64,000 nucleotides of DNA from an uncultured Gemmatimonadales bacterium (GTDB lineage Bacteria; Gemmatimonadota; Gemmatimonadetes; Gemmatimonadales; GWC2-71-9), in contig CAWHFW010000005.1 in the NCBI GenBank assembly GCA_963828735.1, positions 1,216,001-1,280,000 of the forward strand, read 5' to 3'. Position 1 is the stretch's first letter. Each line of letters opens with the position of its first letter. A model generated the notes under the pieces. It made no database searches. It worked only from the letters and a program-made list of their open reading frames with translations, and was not told the DNA's origin. The position numbers were made by a program, and so were the translations under genes. This document shows positions 8,951 to 17,797 of the stretch, piece by piece.

Positions 8951-10042
8951 CCACGCACGAACGCCCGACCACCCTGCTCGCGGAGCTGACCCACCGCTGC
9001 CCGCTCCACTGCCCGTACTGCTCGAATCCTCTCGACCTGCTTCGGGCCGAGAGCGAGATCGCAACGGAGGAATGGAAGCGGGTCTTCACCCAGGCACGCG
9101 AGCTGGGCGTGCTGCAGCTCGGTCTGTCGGGCGGCGAGCCGCTGGTCCGAAAGGACCTCGAGGATCTGGCGCTGCATGCCCGCGGCCTCGGGCTCTACAC
9201 GACGCTGGTGACCTCCGGCCTCGGCCTGACGCGCAAGCGCGCCGAGGCCCTTCGCGCCGCCGGCCTCGAGCACGTGCAGGTCTCGGTGCAGGATGTCGAC
9301 CCAGAGACGGCTGAGCGCATCGCGGGGGTGAGCTCGGTCAAGCAGAAGCAGGCCGCGATCGCGCTGGTGAAGGAGCTGGGGTTCGCGTTCTCGGTGAACG
9401 TCGTGCTGCATCGCGCCAATCTCGATCGGATCGGCGAGATCATCGACCTGGCCGCGGGGTATGGCGCCGACCGGCTGGAGCTCGCCAACACGCAGTACTA
9501 CGGCTGGGGGCTTCGCAATCGTGCGTCGCTCATGCCGAGCCGAGACCAGGTGCTTCGGGCCAAGGACATCGCGCAGGACCGGATGCAGCGCTACAAGGGC
9601 ACGATGCAGATCACCTTCGTTCTGCCCGACTATTTCGAGGAGCTGCCCAAGGCCTGCTACGGCGGATGGGGACGCTACTACATCGTCGTGGCGCCGGACG
9701 GCCGCGCGCTCCCCTGCCACGGGGCCTACGCCATTCCATCGCTCGAGCTGCCGAACGTCCGGCAGCATTCGCATCGACTGGATCTGGCGCGAGTCTTCGG
9801 CGTTCCAGGCCTTCCGCGGGGACGCGTGGATGAAAGAGCCCTGCCGAAGCTGTCCCCGTAAGGCGGTGGACTTCGGTGGCTGTCGCTGTCAGGCGCTCGC
9901 GCTGACCGGGGACGCCGCCAATGCCGACCCGGTCTGCACCCTGAGCCCCCACCGGCATCTGATCGACGAGGCGCTGCTCGAGCACGCCGACGCCGACACG
10001 TACGTCTACCGCGACTACGCCTCCGAGCCACAGCGCGCGTGA
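8947..10042 (+). pseudogene. pqqE: Radical SAM/SPASM PqqA peptide cyclase PqqE, split by a +1 frameshift near 9772 (pseudogene or sequencing error)
   Basis: [37 protein letters not shown] and PCH in the first frame. IDWIWRES...CRSC...DFGGCRCQA...DPVC continues in the +1 frame. Confidence 0.88.
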
Positions 10043-10965
10043 GCGCGACAGCTCCTGCGATCGTCACCGAAGGGCTCGGGCGCGACTACGGCGGCGTTCG
10101 AGCCCTCGACGCGCTGGACCTCGAGGTGCCGGTCGGGTCCCTGGTCGGACTGCTCGGCCCCAACGGCGCGGGCAAGACGACGGCGATGCTGCTGCTTGCC
10201 ACGCTTCTCGCTCCCACGCGAGGGACGGCGCGCGTTCTCGGGCATGACGTCGTGCGCGCCAGGCGGCCGGTGCGGCGGCGCCTGGGGCTCGTGTTTCAGG
10301 AAAGCAGCGTGGACGGACTCCTGACCGTCGAGGAGAACCTGCGGTTCGCGGCGCGACTCGTGGGACTCGGCGGACGCGAGATGCGCTCGGCCGTCGCCGT
10401 GGCCATCGATCGGGCCGGCCTCGGCGTACGCGCCGCTCAGCCCGCGGGTCAGCTCTCCGGAGGGTGGAGGCGGCTCGTCGATGTGGCCCGGGCCACCCTG
10501 CACCGGCCGGAGCTGTTGATCCTCGATGAGCCCACCGTCGGGCTCGATCCCGAGCACCGGGAGCTGATCTGGACCATCCTCGCCGCGGAGCGGCGGGAGC
10601 ACGGCACCACGGTCCTCTTCTCCACCCACTATCTCGCGGAGGCGGAGCCGGCCGACCGGGTGGTGCTGCTCTCCCGCGGGCGAGTCGTGGCCGATGACGA
10701 CCCTGCGACACTTCGATCCTCGATCGGCGCCGAAGTCGCGGAGATCGAGGGGCCGGGAGCGGAGCGCCTGGTGCGGGCGCTTCGCGGCCTCGGGGCGGTT
10801 GCGACGGTGTTGCGTACCGAGCGGGGCTTTCGAGTCGGCATCGCGCGCGAGCGCGAGGCCGTGATCGAGCTCGCCACGGTCGCGGAGGGCCTCGAGCGCT
10901 TCGCGTTCCGGCCGGCGAGCCTGGAGGACGTCTACTTCGCGCGGACGCGCGGAGGCGAGGCGTGA
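10039..10965 (+). CDS. ABC transporter ATP-binding protein (ABC-2/DrrA-like)
   Basis: Walker [13 protein letters not shown], Walker B ILDEPT, H-loop STH. Overlaps the pqqE stop. Confidence 0.9.
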   Translation: MSATAPAIVTEGLGRDYGGVRALDALDLEVPVGSLVGLLGPNGAGKTTAMLLLATLLAPTRGTARVLGHDVVRARRPVRRRLGLVFQESSVDGLLTVEENLRFAARLVGLGGREMRSAVAVAIDRAGLGVRAAQPAGQLSGGWRRLVDVARATLHRPELLILDEPTVGLDPEHRELIWTILAAERREHGTTVLFSTHYLAEAEPADRVVLLSRGRVVADDDPATLRSSIGAEVAEIEGPGAERLVRALRGLGAVATVLRTERGFRVGIAREREAVIELATVAEGLERFAFRPASLEDVYFARTRGGEA

Positions 10966-11762
10966 GCGCGTGGAGCGCGGTCGTCGGCATCGTCGTCCGG
11001 GACCTGATCCGCACGACCCGGCAAACCAGCCGCCTCCTCGGTGGGCTCGTCCGCCCGTTCATGTGGCTGCTGCTCGTCGGGACGGGCTACAACGCCATCG
11101 CGCGGCTGTCCAACGGGCTACCCTACCACGCGTTCGTGTTTCCCGGAATCGTGATCATGGCGGCGCTCTTCGGGGGAATGCTGACCGCGATCGGTACGGT
11201 GTACGATCGCGAGTTCGGGATGCTGCGCCTTATGCTCGCGAGCCCGGCCGGCGTGCCCGCCGTGCTCACGGGTCGCATGATCGCGGCGGCACTCGTCGGG
11301 ATTCTCCAGGGAGGGGTCGTGCTGGCCTGCGCGCCGCTCGTGATCGCGGTCTCCGCCGGCCACTTCGCCGCGGCGATCGGTGCGCTGTCGCTCGCGGCGG
11401 TCTCCAGCGCGGTGCTGGGACTGCTGGTGGCCTCGCGCCTGCGCTCGGTGGAGAACTTCGCCGGGGTGATCAACGTGGTGCTGTTCCCGCTCCTGTTCGT
11501 GAGCGGCGCGCTCTATCCCACCTCCGGCATGCCAGGCCCCCTGCGACTGCTCGCCGGCCTGAACCCGGTCACCTACCAGGTGGACCTGATGCGGCGCGCG
11601 CTCGGCCAGCCGGCGGAGTTCGGGGTCGTGCGGGACCTCCTCGTGCTCGTCGCGACGACGGTCGTCGCGTTCGGCGTGACGGCGCTGGTGTTCGATCCGG
11701 AGCAGCGGTTCGTCCGGCGGACGGGTGGGCGGGTGGACGTCGGGGGTACGGCGAGGCCCTAG
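10962..11762 (+). CDS. ABC-2 type transporter permease
   Basis: About 6 TMs, VYDREFG, SGALYP, LNPVTYQVD. Confidence 0.9.
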   Translation: MSAWSAVVGIVVRDLIRTTRQTSRLLGGLVRPFMWLLLVGTGYNAIARLSNGLPYHAFVFPGIVIMAALFGGMLTAIGTVYDREFGMLRLMLASPAGVPAVLTGRMIAAALVGILQGGVVLACAPLVIAVSAGHFAAAIGALSLAAVSSAVLGLLVASRLRSVENFAGVINVVLFPLLFVSGALYPTSGMPGPLRLLAGLNPVTYQVDLMRRALGQPAEFGVVRDLLVLVATTVVAFGVTALVFDPEQRFVRRTGGRVDVGGTARP

Positions 11763-11763
11763 C

Positions 11764-12591
11764 TCAGCGCGCGGAGGCTCCCTCGTCGCAGCCTCTCGGT
11801 CCCAGCACCAGCTCCACGTCCTGCTCCAAACGAGAGCGGAGCGGCAGCTTGAGGGGGCCGCCGGCGGGCACGGTGGTCTCGACCACGATATGCCGGCCGC
11901 GCCGCAGCAGGCCCCGCTCCTGGTCCCAATCGATCTCGCCGTCCTCCGTGGTCACTTCCGTCGCCGAGAGCTGGGTGGTGTCGCCCTTGATCGACGCGGT
12001 GCCGGATCGGGATCGGGCATGCATCACCAGGCGCTGGATCAGCCGTCTATCCGCGGTGCTGTCCGCGATCCGGCGCAGCTCGAGTCCGTGGCCGTCGCTC
12101 CATTCCTGTCCCACGGCGAGGGCGCGGGTCGGGAGTGGAGGCAACAGGTCATCCAGGGCGGCCCCGACATCCGCGACTTCCGCGACCTCGTCGGGAACGA
12201 ACGGACGAGCCTGGACCTGGTAGCGGCCTGACGTCGAGAGCGTGCCCCGGAATCGCCCGCCCAGGAGCCCGTCCGTGTCGGGCACGAGCTTGGCCTCGGG
12301 GCTCTCGCGGGACAGCGCGAGCGAATCGTACCATGCCTCGAGCGCGATCGCCTCATTCGCGGGCCGTGCCCGGAATCGCAGCACCCCGTCGCGCAGCAGG
12401 GTTTCCCGCCGGCGGCGTGCGCCCGTCTCGGCCTCGAGCCGCGCGCGCGATCGCTCCGCGTAGGTGGCACAGTCGAGCTGGGCGGGCACGTAGCGGAACT
12501 GGATCGTGCCGGCGGGCTGCTGGGAACGCGCGGCTCCCGCGGCCGTGAGCGCGAGCAGCGCGATGACCGCGGGACGCGATCCGGCGATCAC
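11764..12591 (-). CDS. Hypothetical exported protein
   Basis: N-terminal signal-peptide-like segment. Start overlaps the pruA stop. No recognised motif. Confidence 0.65.
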   Translation of the reverse strand: MIAGSRPAVIALLALTAAGAARSQQPAGTIQFRYVPAQLDCATYAERSRARLEAETGARRRRETLLRDGVLRFRARPANEAIALEAWYDSLALSRESPEAKLVPDTDGLLGGRFRGTLSTSGRYQVQARPFVPDEVAEVADVGAALDDLLPPLPTRALAVGQEWSDGHGLELRRIADSTADRRLIQRLVMHARSRSGTASIKGDTTQLSATEVTTEDGEIDWDQERGLLRRGRHIVVETTVPAGGPLKLPLRSRLEQDVELVLGPRGCDEGASAR

Positions 12592-14228
12592 GCCTCAGCC
12601 ATGAACGGGTAGCGATAGTCCGTGGGGGGCGCGAGAGTCTCCTTGATGCTCCGGGGCGATACCCAGCGAAGCAGGTTCAGCACCGAGCCGGCCTTGTCGT
12701 TGGTTCCGCTGGCTCGTGCGCCACCGAAGGGCTGCTGCCCCACCACGGCGCCGGTGGGCTTGTCGTTCACGTAGTAGTTCCCGGCGGCCTGGCGGAGGAC
12801 CCGGTCGGCCTCGACCACGGCGGCACGATCCCGCGCGAACACCGCTCCGGTGAGCGCGTACGGTCCCGTCCGGTTCACCAGCTCGAGCGTCTCGCTCCAC
12901 TTGCCCGCTGGATAGACGTGGGTCGTGAGCACCGGGCCGAAGAGCTCCTCGCACATGGTGCGGTACGTCGGGTCCTCGACCTGCAGCAGGGTCGGCTGGA
13001 TGAAGTAGCCCACGCTGTCGTCGGCGCCGCCGCCCGCGAGGATCGTGACGCCCGCGGCCTTCCGCGCGGCCTCGAGGTGGTCCCGGAGGCGGGTGAACGC
13101 GCGCCGGTCGATCACGGCGCCCATGAAGTTCCGGAAATCCGCCACATCGCCCATCCGGATATCCTCGATCATCGCCACGGCCCGGTCGCGGACGGCCGGC
13201 CACAGGGTGTCCGGGATGTACGCCCGCGAGGCCGCGCTGCACTTCTGTCCCTGGTACTCGTAGGCCCCGCGAACCATCGCGACCGCCAGCGCCTCGGCAT
13301 CCGCGCTGGGGTGGGCGACGATGAAGTCCTTGCCGCCCGTCTCACCGACGATCCGCGGATAGGTGCGGTAGCGCTCGAGGTTGTCGCCGATCGTCTTCCA
13401 CAGGCTGCGGAAGACCGTCGTCGACCCGGTGAAGTGGATACCGGCGAACTCGGGATGCGAGAGGAGCGTCCGGCTCACCGCGACCGCGTCGCCCGGCACG
13501 AAGTTGATCACGCCAGGGGGAAGCCCGGCCTGCTCGAGCAGCTTGTAGAAGTGCCAGTTGCTGAGCACGGCGGTGTGCGATGGTTTCCACACGACCGTGT
13601 TCCCCATGAGCGCCGGCGCGGTCGGCAGGTTGCCGCCGATGGCGGTGAAGTTGAAGGGCGTGATCGCGTAGACGAAGCCCTCGAGCGGCCGATGATCCAT
13701 CCGGTTCCAGGCCCCCGGCGCCGACTCGGGCTGCTCCTGATAGATCCGCTCCGCGAAGTGGACATTGAAGCGGAGAAAATCGATCAGCTCGCAGGCGCTG
13801 TCGATTTCCGCCTGGAACGCCGTCTTGCTCTGGCCTAGCATGGTGGCCGCGTTCACGCGCTGGCGGTGCGTCGTCGCCAGCATGTCGGCCGCCCGGAGGA
13901 AGACCGCCGCGCGGTCCTCGAAGCGCGAATTGGCCCAGTCGCGCTGGGCCTCGACCGCGGACGCGACGGCGGAGTCGATCGTGCTCTGCTCCGCTTCGTG
14001 AAGCTTGGCCAGGACCCGGGTATGACAGTGAGGTGAGACCACGTCGTGGACGTTGCCGCTTCGGATCTCACGCCCACCGACGACGGCGGGGATGTCGGGG
14101 CGGTCCGCGCCCACGCTGGTGAGAGCGCTCTTGAGGGCGGCGCGCTCGGCCGTTCCCGGCGCGTAGGTCAGGACCGGCTCGTTGTGGGGGCGGGGAATGT
14201 TCGGGATGCCGCTCATCAGCGTGTCCAA
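12588..14228 (-). CDS. pruA: 1-pyrroline-5-carboxylate (L-glutamate gamma-semialdehyde) dehydrogenase
   Basis: QAEIDSACELIDFLRFN, PFNFTAI, FTGST, ETGGK, YQGQKCSA, EELFGP, SGTNDKAG. Start may be 14216. Confidence 0.93.
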   Translation of the reverse strand: MDTLMSGIPNIPRPHNEPVLTYAPGTAERAALKSALTSVGADRPDIPAVVGGREIRSGNVHDVVSPHCHTRVLAKLHEAEQSTIDSAVASAVEAQRDWANSRFEDRAAVFLRAADMLATTHRQRVNAATMLGQSKTAFQAEIDSACELIDFLRFNVHFAERIYQEQPESAPGAWNRMDHRPLEGFVYAITPFNFTAIGGNLPTAPALMGNTVVWKPSHTAVLSNWHFYKLLEQAGLPPGVINFVPGDAVAVSRTLLSHPEFAGIHFTGSTTVFRSLWKTIGDNLERYRTYPRIVGETGGKDFIVAHPSADAEALAVAMVRGAYEYQGQKCSAASRAYIPDTLWPAVRDRAVAMIEDIRMGDVADFRNFMGAVIDRRAFTRLRDHLEAARKAAGVTILAGGGADDSVGYFIQPTLLQVEDPTYRTMCEELFGPVLTTHVYPAGKWSETLELVNRTGPYALTGAVFARDRAAVVEADRVLRQAAGNYYVNDKPTGAVVGQQPFGGARASGTNDKAGSVLNLLRWVSPRSIKETLAPPTDYRYPFMAEA

Positions 14229-14298
14229 GGCTCGAAAGGAGCAGGGAAAATAATCATAGGAAGGGGGCGGCGCGGGCAGGCTGAGGTTCCTGAGGCAC

Positions 14299-14324
14299 GA
14301 CGGGCCATGCCTGCATGGCCCGTC
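14299..14324 (-). terminator. Hairpin downstream of the PAP2 gene
   Basis: GACGGGCCATG-CCTG-CATGGCCCGTC, an 11-bp perfect stem. Weak U-tract. Confidence 0.5.
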
Positions 14325-14360
14325 ATCGTCCTATGTCTTCGGTCAAGCAGAGCCGTCGGA

Positions 14361-15128
14361 CTACCGAAGTCGGAACTCCGTGTGCCAGCCCAGTCCGGCG
14401 CCCTGCGAACCGGTGATGAGCGTCGGCGCCCTCAAACCGAAAATCCGCCACCGCCCCGACGCCACCTTGGCGGACGTGATGCCGACGAGCGCGCCCGCCG
14501 CCACGTCCGTGAACCAGTGGCGATTGTCGTTGATCCTGGACCAGCCCACCGCGGTCGCCAGCCCGTACAGACCGACGGTCGCCCAGGGCCGATGGATGTC
14601 ATCTGCCAGCGAGGTCGCCATCGCGAACGACATCGAGGTGTGGCCCGAGGGAAAGGAGGCCTGGCCGGAAAAAGGCACATACCCGTCGGCGTCGAGGCTG
14701 GACTCGGGCCGAGGACGCCCGAAGACGGTCTTGCCGGCCTCCGTCACGAGACCCGCGAGCACCAGGGAAAACCCGAGGTGTCTTCCGGCCAGCGAGATGT
14801 CCCGCTGGCCCGTGACGAGCCCCGTGGCCAGCAAGCCGAGGGTCACGGTTGCGTAGATCTCCGGCTGGCCAAAGTGCCTCACCGTTCCGGCCACCTCGTC
14901 CGCACCGGGGCCGCTGTTGTGGATGGCGTAGCGCTGGACCGGATGATCCAGGACCATCAGCGCCGATAGGCCGCCCACGGCCGCCAACACGTGCCACACC
15001 TTGACGTCGGGTTGCGACGAGATCGGTGTGGCGGTGGGCCGCTCGGGAAGGGAGTCGAGCGCCTGGGCCCGGACTGGCCCCGGCACCGCGGCCATCAGGC
15101 CGAGGAACAGCACCACCTTGCGAATCAT
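14361..15128 (-). CDS. PAP2-family phosphatase
   Basis: KTVFGRPRP, SFPSGH, SRINDNRHWFTDV (PAP2 motifs 1-3). Signal peptide. Confidence 0.9.
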   Translation of the reverse strand: MIRKVVLFLGLMAAVPGPVRAQALDSLPERPTATPISSQPDVKVWHVLAAVGGLSALMVLDHPVQRYAIHNSGPGADEVAGTVRHFGQPEIYATVTLGLLATGLVTGQRDISLAGRHLGFSLVLAGLVTEAGKTVFGRPRPESSLDADGYVPFSGQASFPSGHTSMSFAMATSLADDIHRPWATVGLYGLATAVGWSRINDNRHWFTDVAAGALVGITSAKVASGRWRIFGLRAPTLITGSQGAGLGWHTEFRLR

Positions 15129-15214
15129 GACACTCTCTGAGCGGGGTGTACCACGGCGCCCCGGGTATAGTTACCTTCGGACGACGCCATCCACGTTCTC
15201 GGCTGAGGATCCAG

Positions 15215-15577
15215 ATGAAGCGACGCTTGAGCCTGTGCCTGGCCGCGTTGGCCCTCATGTCCTGCCGCAGCTACGACTACCAGTCCAAGGTGACCAACCA
15301 GCACGGGTTGGTGCCGGCAGACCAGTTCGCCCGCTACGGCCACGATCAGGCAGAAGCCATTGCGATCGGGCGGGAATTCGGCCGGACGGGCCGGGCCGAT
15401 TCCGCGATGGCCTATGCGCGTACGCTCGGGGATGTGACCGACATTTCCGCGGACACGCTGGGCTACCGGATCACCGCGCTCTTCAAGAGCGGGTGGCGAA
15501 CCGGTATCGCTCCCATCGATGACGGCAAGCGCGGCGGCGAGACGCCGGGCTTGAGCAAGGCGCCGGCCAACCCGTAG
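15215..15577 (+). CDS. Hypothetical lipoprotein
   Basis: MKRRLSLCLAALALMSC, a lipobox-like signal. GAGG RBS. Confidence 0.65.
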   Translation: MKRRLSLCLAALALMSCRSYDYQSKVTNQHGLVPADQFARYGHDQAEAIAIGREFGRTGRADSAMAYARTLGDVTDISADTLGYRITALFKSGWRTGIAPIDDGKRGGETPGLSKAPANP

Positions 15578-15603
15578 CGCTCTCAATATACAGGGACACG
15601 CCG

Positions 15604-15936
15604 ATGTCGAGCGCGCCCGCCTGCTGTCAGGTCACCACCACTTTTCCGGACAAAATGGCCGCCGATCGTGCGGCCGGAGCGCTGGTCGAGGAACGCTGGG
15701 CCGCATGCGCCCAGGTCGCCGGTCCGGTCGAGAGCACGTACCGCTGGGAGGGTAAGGTCGAGCGGGCCTCGGAATGGTACTGCCATCTGAAAACGACGCT
15801 GGCCCGGGCGCCCGGACTGCGTCTCCGCCTCCGTCAGCTCCATCCGTACGACACACCCGAGATCATCGCCGTGCCGATGGTGGATGGCGACCCCGACTAC
15901 TTGCGCTGGATCGAAGCCTCCGTCGCCGAAGACTGA
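15604..15936 (+). CDS. cutA: Divalent-cation tolerance protein CutA
   Basis: AACAQV, STYRWEGKVE, HPYDTPEII, YLRWI. Confidence 0.92.
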   Translation: MSSAPACCQVTTTFPDKMAADRAAGALVEERWAACAQVAGPVESTYRWEGKVERASEWYCHLKTTLARAPGLRLRLRQLHPYDTPEIIAVPMVDGDPDYLRWIEASVAED

Positions 15937-16967
15937 CCCCGGTCGCGGCCGACGCGCGCCAGCAACTCCGCGATCTCGTCCAGCCCAAGCACCAGCGTGG
16001 CGCCGCCCCGCTGGACGGCCGCGCGCGGCATGCCGTAGACCACGCAGCTGGATTCGCTCTCCGCGATCGTGATGCCGCCGCCCGCGCGGATGGCCACCAT
16101 CCCGTCGGCCCCGTCCTCGCCCATGCCGGTGAGCAGTACACCGACGACCTTGCCGGACCGGGAGCGGGCGGCGCTCCGCATCATCACATCGACGCTCGGG
16201 ATGTGCTTGGCGTCGCTGGGCTCCGGCGTGAGGACCACGGCGAGGTTCGGCGAGATCCGCACATGGCTCCCGGCCGGGGCGATCAGGGCCATGCCCGGCA
16301 CCAGTCGCATACCGTCCTCCGCCTCGGCCACCCGCACTCGGCTCAGTGACGCGAGCCGCTGCGCGAACGGACGGGTGAACCCGACCGGCATGTGCTGAAC
16401 GACGACGATCGGCATGGGGAAGCTCGCCGGCAGCCCCTGAAGGATCTGCTGGACCGCCGCGGGCCCGCCGGTCGAGGCGCCGATGACGCACAGATCAAAC
16501 CCCATCAGGTCCGGCGCCTCGGGAATCGGGGCTCGCGCCACGGATGATGTCTTCGAGACCCCGATGACCCGGGGAGTCGGCGCCACTGCCCGCATCCGGT
16601 CGACGACCTCCCGCCGCAGGTACTCCAGATCCATCACGTTGAACGTCGTCTTGTCGATGAAATCCACCGCGCCGGCCGCGAGCGCCGCCACGGTGGCGTC
16701 CGCGCCGTCGCGGGTGTGCGCCGAGATCATGAGGACCTTGAGCGACGGCTTCCATCGCAGCAGCGCGGGGAGCAGCTCAAGCCCGTCCATGCCGGGCATG
16801 GCCACGTCGAGCGTGACCAGGTCGGGATCGGCCGCCGCGACCCTGGCCAGCGCCTCGCTGCCGCTTGCCGCCTCGCCGACCACCCGGAACTCGGGCTCGA
16901 CGGCCAACACGCGCGTCAGCGCCCGCCGCACGAACGCCGAGTCGTCCACCAGAAATACCCGGATCAC
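15897..16967 (-). CDS. cheB: Chemotaxis response regulator methylesterase CheB
   Basis: REC domain plus the GASTGG, VQHMP and LTGMGEDG catalytic motifs. GTG start overlaps the cheR stop. Confidence 0.93.
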   Translation of the reverse strand: MIRVFLVDDSAFVRRALTRVLAVEPEFRVVGEAASGSEALARVAAADPDLVTLDVAMPGMDGLELLPALLRWKPSLKVLMISAHTRDGADATVAALAAGAVDFIDKTTFNVMDLEYLRREVVDRMRAVAPTPRVIGVSKTSSVARAPIPEAPDLMGFDLCVIGASTGGPAAVQQILQGLPASFPMPIVVVQHMPVGFTRPFAQRLASLSRVRVAEAEDGMRLVPGMALIAPAGSHVRISPNLAVVLTPEPSDAKHIPSVDVMMRSAARSRSGKVVGVLLTGMGEDGADGMVAIRAGGGITIAESESSCVVYGMPRAAVQRGGATLVLGLDEIAELLARVGRDRGQSSATEASIQRK

Positions 16968-17797
16968 GCGGCCTCCAGCTTTCGGTAGACCACCGCTCCG
17001 CCGACCATCGCGGGAGCGAAGGCGGTCTTTCGGTCGAGCAGCGATTCCGAGTGGCCGAGGAAGAGGTAGCCGCCGGGAAGGAGCGAGCGCGCGAAGAGAC
17101 CGATGACGCTCGCGAACGCCTGGTCGCTCACATAGATGAGAAGGTTGCGGCACAGGATCGCGTCATATACGGACCAGCCGAGCGCGCCGTTCGGCGCCAT
17201 GAGGTTGGCCTGGAAGCAGCGTACGCCCTTCCGGTACTTCTCTCGCAATCGGAAGGCGCCGCCCTCGGGAACGAAATACTTCCGCCGAGCGTCGGCGTCG
17301 CAGGTCCTGAGCGAGCTCTCGGGATAGAGCGCCTGCTGGGCGCGCGCGACGCGGTCGGCGTTGAGATCGCACGCGTCGATCTCCCACGTGACCCCCGCGA
17401 GCGCCAAGCCGGCATTGTGCAGCGCGATCGAGAGCGTGTACGGCTCCTCGCCGGACGAGCAGCCGGCCGAGAGAATCCGGAAGGGTCGTCCCTGCAGCGC
17501 CCCGCGGCGCTCGGGAATCACGTGGTTCACCAGGAGGTCGAACTGGTGGGTCTCCCGGAAGAAATAGGTCTCGTTGTTCGTGACCATCGCCGGCAGTCGG
17601 GCGAGCTCGCCATCGCGGTCCGGGTGAAACCGGAGGTACTGGTAGTAGTCGCGAACGGTGGTGAGGTGCAGCTCCCGCAGGCGCGGGCGCAGCTTCGACT
17701 CGAGGATTTCCAGCCGGATGCCCTGGAAGGTCAGGCCGAACCGCTCCTCGATCAGGTCGGTCAGGAGCTTGAGTTCGGCCTGATCGAACGGGGTCAC
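16964..17797 (-). CDS. cheR: Chemotaxis methyltransferase CheR
   Basis: TNNETYFFRE, SAGCSSGEEPY, ILCRNLLIY, LFLGHSE. Confidence 0.93.
   Translation of the reverse strand: MTPFDQAELKLLTDLIEERFGLTFQGIRLEILESKLRPRLRELHLTTVRDYYQYLRFHPDRDGELARLPAMVTNNETYFFRETHQFDLLVNHVIPERRGALQGRPFRILSAGCSSGEEPYTLSIALHNAGLALAGVTWEIDACDLNADRVARAQQALYPESSLRTCDADARRKYFVPEGGAFRLREKYRKGVRCFQANLMAPNGALGWSVYDAILCRNLLIYVSDQAFASVIGLFARSLLPGGYLFLGHSESLLDRKTAFAPAMVGGAVVYRKLEAA

Noticed and set aside
8101..9785. Programmed +1 frameshifting as a regulatory mechanism for pqqC and pqqE
   Set aside because: The two sites share no slippery sequence, in-frame stop or stimulatory element. Error or mutation is simpler.
6869..10042. 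A novel RiPP / radical-SAM system distinct from PQQ
   Set aside because: The precursor has the canonical ExxxY motif, and the B, C, D and E genes carry PQQ-specific motifs in standard order.
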